Below the pieces are notes generated by a model. That model was not told the DNA's origin. It saw only the letters and a list, made by a program, of their open reading frames with translations, and made no database searches. DNA of 64,000 nucleotides from Octopus vulgaris (taxonomy: Eukaryota), in assembly GCA_951406725.2 (NCBI GenBank), contig OX597814.1:126418001-126482000 (forward strand). Reading direction: 5' to 3'. This document shows, piece by piece, positions 54,795 through 64,000 of this stretch; position 1 is the first letter of the stretch, and each line of letters opens with the position of its first letter. Made by a program: the position numbers and the translations under genes.

Positions 54795-56320
54795 GTAATT
54801 CATTGAAATATAATTCTAAAACAGAATCTTTTCTTCTCTAGCATGGCTAATTCTTTCTCTTCGTAAAAGTATATAAATATATTCTTCCATGTTCTTATGT
54901 GTTGGGTAATTCTGCAAATTTTGACAATTTACATAAATGCTGTTGCCACTGCTGCTGCTGTTTCTTGTTGTTGATCTTGTTCCTGTTGTAGCTGTTGTTG
55001 TTCTTGTTGCTGTTGTTGTTACTGTTAAATAATTCTTGTCTGCCCTTCTCTAACATCTACAATTCATGGATATAGTCAATCAAATGTAAATATATGACTC
55101 ACCACTCCTTCAACACATCAGACCTAACCACATTCAATACTTTGTGAGTGGAATTTAGTTGACAAAAACTCTGTGGAAGGCCATCATATAAGTGTATGTG
55201 TTTGTAACTGTGTTTATGTTAACACTGATTTAAAAACTTGTGTTGTTATTTATGTTGTGTCCCTTTATGTCCTATAACTTAGTAGTTTGATAAATGGCGA
55301 TTGATACCAGGCTGTGAAATAAGTACTGGATGGGGCAATATGATCAACTGAAACTTTGAAGATTGCTCTCTTGTATTGCCACAGTCCAATGATTAAAACC
55401 AGTAAAAGAAAAAAAATGATTCATTAGAATTTGCTGTAGCTTTCAGAACACTTGGTGTCCAGTGTATGTTTGTGTTTGTCCAAAAGATGACATTGTTCTA
55501 CAAACATGAGAGTCTATAAGATCCTGATAGATCTTGAAACACACTGGTTTAAATATTTAACAATTTCTTCATTCACTGATTCTGATTCAAGAAATCAAAA
55601 GAAAAGACTCCAGCATCTACTTTGGTTGTGTTTTGGAGAAATTTGACTACTGGTGTAATTTATTCCTTTCCCATTAGACTTTGGAAAGGTTTAATAGAAA
55701 TATAACAAGGTGATAAAGTGCTGGTTAATTATACAGTAGATTGATGGAATCATTAGAGCACTGGGCAAAATGATGTGTGGTATTTAATTACAGCCATTTA
55801 TGTTCTAATCTCAAATCTTGTCAGGATGAACTTGACCTTTCATCCTTCTGTGATCAATAAAATAAAGTACCATTCATTTAAGTAGTGGGTTTGATTTAAT
55901 GAACAACACCATCTTCCAAAATTTGTTGCTTGTGCCAATACTAAAAAAAAAGTCAATTATACAGTGGCCCTAATATTTACCGCAGTGATCTATGCATGTA
56001 CTATGATATCTGTTTGCAGCTAAGTGGACTGAGCTTTTGCCAGTAATATTGTGTAATGTTGATTGGATTTGATCTGCTGATTCTTCAGCTTGGACTCTAC
56101 AACAGAACTCTACAAATAATCAAGCTAAAATAATCTCTAACAGGAACATGGTTGCTAGGCAAGAGATTTGCCTAACAACAGATACACTAAACAACAGGGT
56201 TGCCAGGCAACAAAATTACCTGTTTATTGTTTTGTTTTTTTCATTTTTCATTTTCCTTCTTTTTCTTTTTTTCTTTTTTCTTCATTATTGTGTAATGAAA
56301 TATCTTTTCTATTCTACCAG

Positions 56321-56485
56321 AAACTGAGACAACATCAACATCCAGACCAACTACTACTGTTACTACTACTACTATTACATCTACTACTACTACTACTACT
56401 ACATTGCCTACCACTAGTACCACAACAACTATGTCAACAACAACAGAACCTATTATAACAACTAGGAAGAAAGCAGCTAATATTG
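56321..56485 (+). CDS. LRP-like exon 14 (Thr/Ser-rich mucin-like stalk)
   Basis: Polypyrimidine tract plus ctaccag acceptor, gttagc donor; ETETTSTSRPTTTVTTTTITSTTTTTTTTLPTTSTTTTMSTTTEPIITTRKKAANI; phase 1 to 1, in frame with exon 13. Confidence 0.72.
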
Positions 56486-58119
56486 GTTAGCTTTTCTTTG
56501 ATATATTTTTGTTTTTCACTTTTTGAAAAGTGAATTAACCAAGATTTTCAATGTAAAATGGTATTAAATGTTATAAGAACCAATTTGAGGCAGAAAAGAG
56601 AAACAGGCAAACAGGCTGGACAGATACTCTTTTCTTTCTTAAACTGGTATTAATAACATCTATACTATATCCAGAACCCCTTACTATCATTCTTCTTTAC
56701 TCCTATCAGTCACTCTGTATTCACTATACCACCTATCATGGACATCATCCATTTTTGCTTACCATCATCCATCACTTACTCTTCCTTACCATCACACAGT
56801 TTTACTGCCACACCATCACGCTGTTCATGTTGTTTTCTAGTCAACCTCCTTAACAACAACCTGCATGTAGCCATCATTATCTTTCTTCCATCACTCCCTC
56901 CCTTATCATTCTCTCACTCTTATCACACTGATTCTACCAATTATGCTCATACACATACTCTTTCTCATTTCATTCTCTTAGTCATCAACCTGTTGTCTCC
57001 TTGGTTTGGGTTTACCTTGGAAGAATAAAAACAATATAGAAGTAGGAAAGACTGTCTAGACTTGCAGGGGACATAAAAGACTCAGTAGTGTTGTTGCCAT
57101 GGTAAAATACCCCAGTGTAAAGTAGTTGGCAAATGTACAGAGACAGCATAATGTAGATAAGACTCTTTGTCTTGTTAAGGACTTGAAAACCTCTCTAGTG
57201 CTAGTGTCACAATAAAATGCACCCCATTCCCTCTATGGAATTATTGGTGTTACAAATAACATCCAGTAATAGAAATGATTCGAAAAATGGAATGATTGAG
57301 CAAGACACTTGCTCCAAATAAAAACTGAATCAAACTGTGACATCCCGTCAAACCTGTGCTGACATGAAAAGTAGACACAAAACGATGAGGATGGTGATGC
57401 ATCATCATCCTCATTGCGAAAAACAATGTGTATCCAAATCAGCAAAACATTGATCAAATGCCATGTAGTATATAGTTATGTCCTGTTATGTTCTGAGTTC
57501 AATTTCCAGATCAACTTTCAGGATTGCTAAAATAATGCCATTTAAATACAAGTCATTTGCTTCAGTTAGAAGCTATTATTATTATTAGTAGTAGTATTAT
57601 TATCATCATCATCATCATCCTTGCAGTGTCCCTTCATACATTTCCCTCCTGGCAAATAAAGAGATGATTATTATTATTTATAATTATGATAATAATGGCC
57701 CTACTATGATACTATTTTTGCAACCCTGAAAATTGACCTAAGTGGAAATTGAAGACAGAAAATGATTGGGCATGACTAAATACTACAAGGCACATTGTCC
57801 TATGTTTTTACTAATTTTGCGACCCTATACTTTCAATAATAATAATAACAATCATTATTATTATTTAAGGCAGTGACAGGACACAATTATAAGCATGTCA
57901 GACAAAATGCTTAGCAACATTTTTTCTGACCCTTCACATTCTGAGTTCAAATTTCACTGTGGTAAACTTTGCCTTTCATCCTTTTGGGATTGATAAAATA
58001 AAGTGCCAGTTGAGCCCCGGGGCTGTTGTAATCAACTAACACCTACCCATAATACTGTTGGCCTTATACCAAAATTTGAAACTGTTGTTGTTGTTGTTAT
58101 TATTATTATTATTATCATT

Positions 58120-58790
58120 CATGATTTGAGAAATGCATCAAGTGTTTTCCTTTCTTACATCAAAAAAGTATTAACTACATCTTGGAAGACATGCATAAAA
58201 ATGATCAGAGTTAACCGATGCAGTGTGAAAATGTCTAATGCCATTTGCAAATGTCCTCTTGCCATTTTCTGGAATGCAGCTATGTCTATCCTTACAGCTA
58301 ATCTGTCAATGTACCATCATTCCAGTTGTACCAATTGCAAATGGAATTATAAACACATTCCTTAACTGACATTTTGTTTCTTTTTAATTCGCCAGCTAAG
58401 TCAGTGTAACTCTTCAGATCTCCAGCTTGCTTCTGCACAACATTATAATTATTTGGTATTGCTGTATCAATTGCCATTTCTGTCGTGTAAAATTATGTTA
58501 GGCTTATTTTGTGCTATTTGGTGATCTGTCTGTTTGCTAAATTTCCATAGTATCTGCACATTGTCTATTTTTTTGTTTTTCTGAAGACAGGTAAAGGTTA
58601 ATAAGAGTGCTGCTTCAGAGCTTTTTTCTCAAAAGAGTTGAAGCTGTGTAGCCAGTTATAGATTCACTAAGCTATTATGTTTCCAGATATATTTGATATA
58701 GGCTAGTGTTGCACCTGCTGGTGCTTTCTGGAGAATTGGTTTGAAAATAGAACAAAACTTCATGTATTTTGTAACAGTTGTAGGTAATTT
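58120..58790 (-). mobile_element. R4/Dong-type RLE LINE fragment
   Basis: Minus strand NVQILWKFSKQTDHQIAQNKPNIIL...IDTAIPNNYNV...SYTDLAGEL...VFIIPFAIGTTG; (TAA)n on both sides. Confidence 0.75.
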
Positions 58791-58794
58791 TTAC

Positions 58795-58830
<36 letters not shown>

Positions 58831-58842
58831 AATAATAATAAT

Positions 58843-59759
<917 letters not shown>

Positions 59760-59799
59760 TTATATTATTATCATCATCATCATCATCATCATCATCATC

Positions 59800-59888
<89 letters not shown>

Positions 59889-59890
59889 CA
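59760..59890. repeat. (ATC)n(ATT)n compound microsatellite
   Basis: Directly visible; a similar array lies at 60712-60870. Confidence 0.95.
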
Positions 59891-59894
59891 TTTT

Positions 59895-60010
59895 ATGCAT
59901 ATTAGTTAGCAAGAATGTTGTCTTGAAGTTTAATGACATGCTCCTCAAATCTCAGAATTTTTCTAAGGATTCTTGTAGAATACAGGATTGCTCTCTTCTG
60001 CATGTTGATA
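59895..60010 (-). mobile_element. R4/Dong-type LINE, extreme 3' fragment
   Basis: Minus strand INMQKRAILYSTRILRKILRF matches the QK.ALLGTARILRKVL terminus of the other copies. Confidence 0.55.
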
Positions 60011-60712
60011 ATGCAACAAAAACTGAGAGCCTGGCATCTAGAATATCATCAGGAATTCACCACCCTTTACAAATGAGTAATGAGATCTGTGGATGTTCCA
60101 CTTTAGCAATCTATAGAGGATTAGTGGTGGGGAAGTGTGACAATGCTCTCAGGAAGACACCTGGCATCAATGAAAACAAACTAAACAAACTAAAAATAAT
60201 AATCATCATCATTACTATTATTGTTGTTGCTGTTATTATCATTATCATCATCATCACCATCATCATTATTATTATTAAGGCTGTGTGCTTCAGAATCATT
60301 TGCATGGCAAAATGCTTAGCAGCATTTCGTCCACCTTTGCATTCTGAGTTCAAATGCCACCAAGGTCAACTTTGCCTTTCATCTTTTCTGGGTCAATAAA
60401 ATGAGTACCAGCTGAAGACTAGCATCAATCCCCCCACCCACCGGAACTTGCTGGCCTTTTGCCAAAATATTAAACCATTATTATTATTAGTAGTATTACT
60501 ATGAGTACTACTACTACTGCTACTACTACTTTGGTGCTATGAATTACAGGATCATTAGAATGTTGGAGAAAATGCCTTGTATTACTGCCTCTTTGCATTA
60601 TGAGTTAAAATCCAACTGAGGTCAACCTTTTTACTCTTGTGGGGTGGGATTGATAAATTCAGCACAGTCAATTATTCTTCTTCCCTCCCACCATATTAAA
60701 AATCATTATCCC

Positions 60713-60823
<111 letters not shown>

Positions 60824-60833
60824 TATTATTATT

Positions 60834-60870
<37 letters not shown>

Positions 60871-60871
<1 letters not shown>

Positions 60872-62553
60872 GCTATCTTTATCAGAGGGAAAATGACATA
60901 AACATTTAATGTTAAACTTCTCCAAGAAAATGTTATAAAGGAGTTAGAACCAGAGGAGGGTTACACATACTTAGTGGTATATGATTAAACATTCAATGAT
61001 GGGGGAAAAGGTCAGAAAAGAATGTTATCACAGGGTAAGGGCAATACTCAAGACAGAGCTAAACACAAGAAACAAGATCAAAGTGATTAATATTTTAGCC
61101 ATACCGGTCATGACTTACAGTTTCAATTTTATTAATTATTGAAATAAGTAAGCTTGACAGAAAAATTTGAAAATTGTTGATAGTGAGTAGAATGCACCAT
61201 CCAAGAAAAGAGGATGTTCATGGACTCTTACAACTTGAATTGACTGTGAAGGTTGCCACAATTGGCCTAAACACTTATCTGAATAATTCTGATACTAGAT
61301 GCTAAAACTTGTCTTAAAGCATGAAAACAAGAAAACTACATACTCAGTAACTAAACAGGCAAGGAAATGTCTAAATGAATTCCAAATACATCCAGTCCCA
61401 GAATTAGATGTGCTGGAAACAAGTGCAGAAAAAGCTAAGCATATGAAAACCCTTGCTAAAACTGCTGCCTTAGATATTCTCACTGATAAATGGCAAGAAA
61501 AACCTCTCACTGGCAAATATCCAAAGCGAGCTAATAATGCTGATGTTGACAAATTCTTACCCATCAATGGTTGGCATTTTCTGTCTTAAAATCAAAGACA
61601 GAATGGTTTATCATAGCTACCCAGGAACAATGCCTACCTACAAGAAGCTTCCAGGCCAACATCTTGAATGCCAGTAGCCCAACAGGTCATATATGTAAAC
61701 AACAGCCTGAAACCATTGATCAAGTTGCCTCCATGTGCAGCCTTCTTGTGCCTACAGAGTATCTCAGCAGGCATGATAGAACAGCACAGTATATTCACTG
61801 GGCAGTTTGCAATGACCTGGACCTAGCCCATGATAAAAATAGGTGAGAACACGAACCACCCCCACTGCTTGAAAATGATCACATCTTACTCCTTTGGAAC
61901 TTTTCTGTTCAAACTGACAGAAAGATAAATGCAAATAGACCAGACATTATACTGAAGGATTTCAGACAAAAATCATGCCTCCTCATCAATATGACTGTCC
62001 GAATCAGCATATATGTATCTGTCAAGACCTACCAAGAACTGAGCAAATATAAAAATCTTGAAATAGAAATTGGTAAAATGTGGAACCTGAAGAGTAGAAC
62101 AATACCTGTTGTCATAAATGTCCCAGGGATGATAGCAAAAGGGGCTAATTGTTACTTATCTCAGATACCAGGAAATCACAAAAAATGAAATAAATTCAAA
62201 AAATAGTGCTCATGGGAACTGCTCATATCCTAAGAAAAATATTGTCTACATAATTCCAAAAACATTTTAATCTGTGAACATTATCAAAAGTACTTTTAAA
62301 TGTACATAATAGCAAGCACCTTTTACTGTAATCTTAAGATCACACTATCATCTTACAATCAAATTACTTTTAAAATAAACTTTAAATTTTCTTATGTCCA
62401 GACAGACACTATCTAAAACAATACTCTGTGCAAAACCAAAAATATAGTACCCTAATTATAATACCCAACTTGAACTTCTAACTTGTTGTCTCCTGAGGTC
62501 TCTGGGTGAGACTTGGAATCAATTTGTACAAATACAAAGCAAAAGTCACGCAT
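60871..62553 (+). mobile_element. R4/Dong-type RLE LINE, 5'-truncated and decayed (RT end, CCHC remnant, RLE, 3' UTR)
   Basis: IKELEPEEGYTYL (RT C-terminus), ELNTRNKIKVINILAIPVMTYSF, FIIATQEQCLPTR, CKQQPETIDQVASMC, SRHDR, LLWNFSVQTDRKINANRPDIIL, KYKNLEIEI.KMW, QKIVLMGTAHILRKILS; (TAA)n directly upstream and downstream. Confidence 0.9.
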
Positions 62554-63329
62554 ATAATAATAATAATAATAATAATGATATACTATTACTGTTGCAGATA
62601 TCATTTAGCTACCAAATTTTTTTGAGTCTAACCATTTCAAGATTGGCTTTGTCTTTGATTCTAACAAGAGGAGTGAAATGAGTTTCAGTTATATACTCTC
62701 TTTTACATAACTGCTCTATGGGTTTGGTGGTGGACTAGCAGAAACAGTAGAATCACAGACAAATTATTGTAGGAGTTGTATAAATGTAAGTTCGCGGTAC
62801 ACCAAAACCTGCTACACAAGTTCAAATCACGTCACAACCACTTTGCTTTTACCATGTGACTAATTCTGATTGCATATGAAACGGATATAAGAAAATCTCA
62901 TTTGTCCAGACAGGCAACTGTTAGCATTGTGGTAGGTAATGTTGTAGAGAAATGAATTCTTATTGAACCAAAGCCAGCTTAATTGATTTTGGTTTCAATT
63001 GAGAACAACTTCACATATGTCTATAAAGTCATTGAGAAAAGTTATGAATGCTACATCTTGTCATCTGTTATAAAGAATCAGGACTATTTTTTTTATTAAT
63101 TCACACCATGGATATTGATACTGCATTTATTTTCCCAACATAATGTAAGTTCGATTTTCTTTCATATGCATATATGTTTGTGAGTTGAGGAAGTATGTTT
63201 TAAATGTATGTGAATGTGTAAGTATATTTATATATGTTTGATTGAATCATCATTGTATGTTCATTTTACCATGCTTGCATAAATTGAGTATATTTATTCC
63301 AGCACAACATTCCAACACATGTTGCAGTC

Positions 63330-63800
63330 CATTGTCATCTCCCATCACAAGGTTCAGCATTTCTGAGATCAGCCTTCATCATTTCTTGCATTTTTCTAAA
63401 TCTCCTCTTCTGCATGCTCCATTCACTTAGATTGCTTGACATTCCATTACCCCAACTCTCATTTTCTATATGTGTCCTATGTCCAACTCAGTTCACTCTT
63501 TTCCCTTGTTCATTATATCATATTCCTCTGATGCCCCTTTTTTTATCTAAGCTTATCGGTACATTGTCATTTCTGCATGCTAACATTACACATCCTACAA
63601 AATATGCTCACCTCATTTCTGTCCAGCCTTTGCACATCCTCATGGATATTCAGTGTCCATGTTTCATTACCATGCATTATCGCACTTCATGCACAAGCTT
63701 TATTTGAAGATCCCTTTCCTTTTATCTCTGAAAAATCCTTTGTTGCTAATAGACTTATATGAACTCTTTCCATCCCACTCTTACTCTATCAACTGCTTCT
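63330..63800 (-). mobile_element. Decayed RTE-like LINE fragment
   Basis: Broken frames, similar in style to the other RTE remnants; no intact ORF. Confidence 0.35.
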
Positions 63801-64000
63801 AGGAAGAATAGATTTCAGAGTTCTGTGTCAGCCTTCCTGTGATCCCATGTCATTTTTTGTACACCTACAGTTTACTTTGAATATACAATATAGAGCTCCT
63901 ACGTACCCCTTTTCTGCATATCAGTTATGCCCACTTACCAGATTGCAATAAAGCTTTGTATCCTACCCTAATAGAAATAGGCATGGCTGTTGGTTAAGAA

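Overview
Eukaryotic, AT-rich, repeat-dense genomic DNA. The SINE/LINE families and microsatellite load point to an Octopus-like cephalopod (inferred, not proven). The whole window lies inside one large + strand gene. I reconstructed 14 GT-AG exons (2165-56485) whose phases chain into one stop-free frame of 2391 nt (~797 codons). They encode YWTD beta-propeller, EGF, YWTD beta-propeller, EGF, EGF, an Eph-receptor-like Cys-rich module and a Thr-rich stalk, i.e. an LRP/LDLR-related protein whose start and end lie outside the window. The introns hold tRNA-derived SINEs, Tc1/mariner relics, two non-autonomous Helitrons, RTE, CR1 and Penelope fragments, at least five restriction-like-endonuclease (R4/Dong-type) LINE fragments in (TAA)n arrays, a 5'-truncated GAPDH retro-pseudogene inside that TAA cluster, and a ~140-bp-arm hairpin. 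Most short ORFs in the supplied track are microsatellite or repeat artefacts. I see no prokaryotic-type system. The most interesting signals are the unusual receptor architecture and the microsatellite-targeted retrotransposon cluster that appears to have captured a host mRNA.
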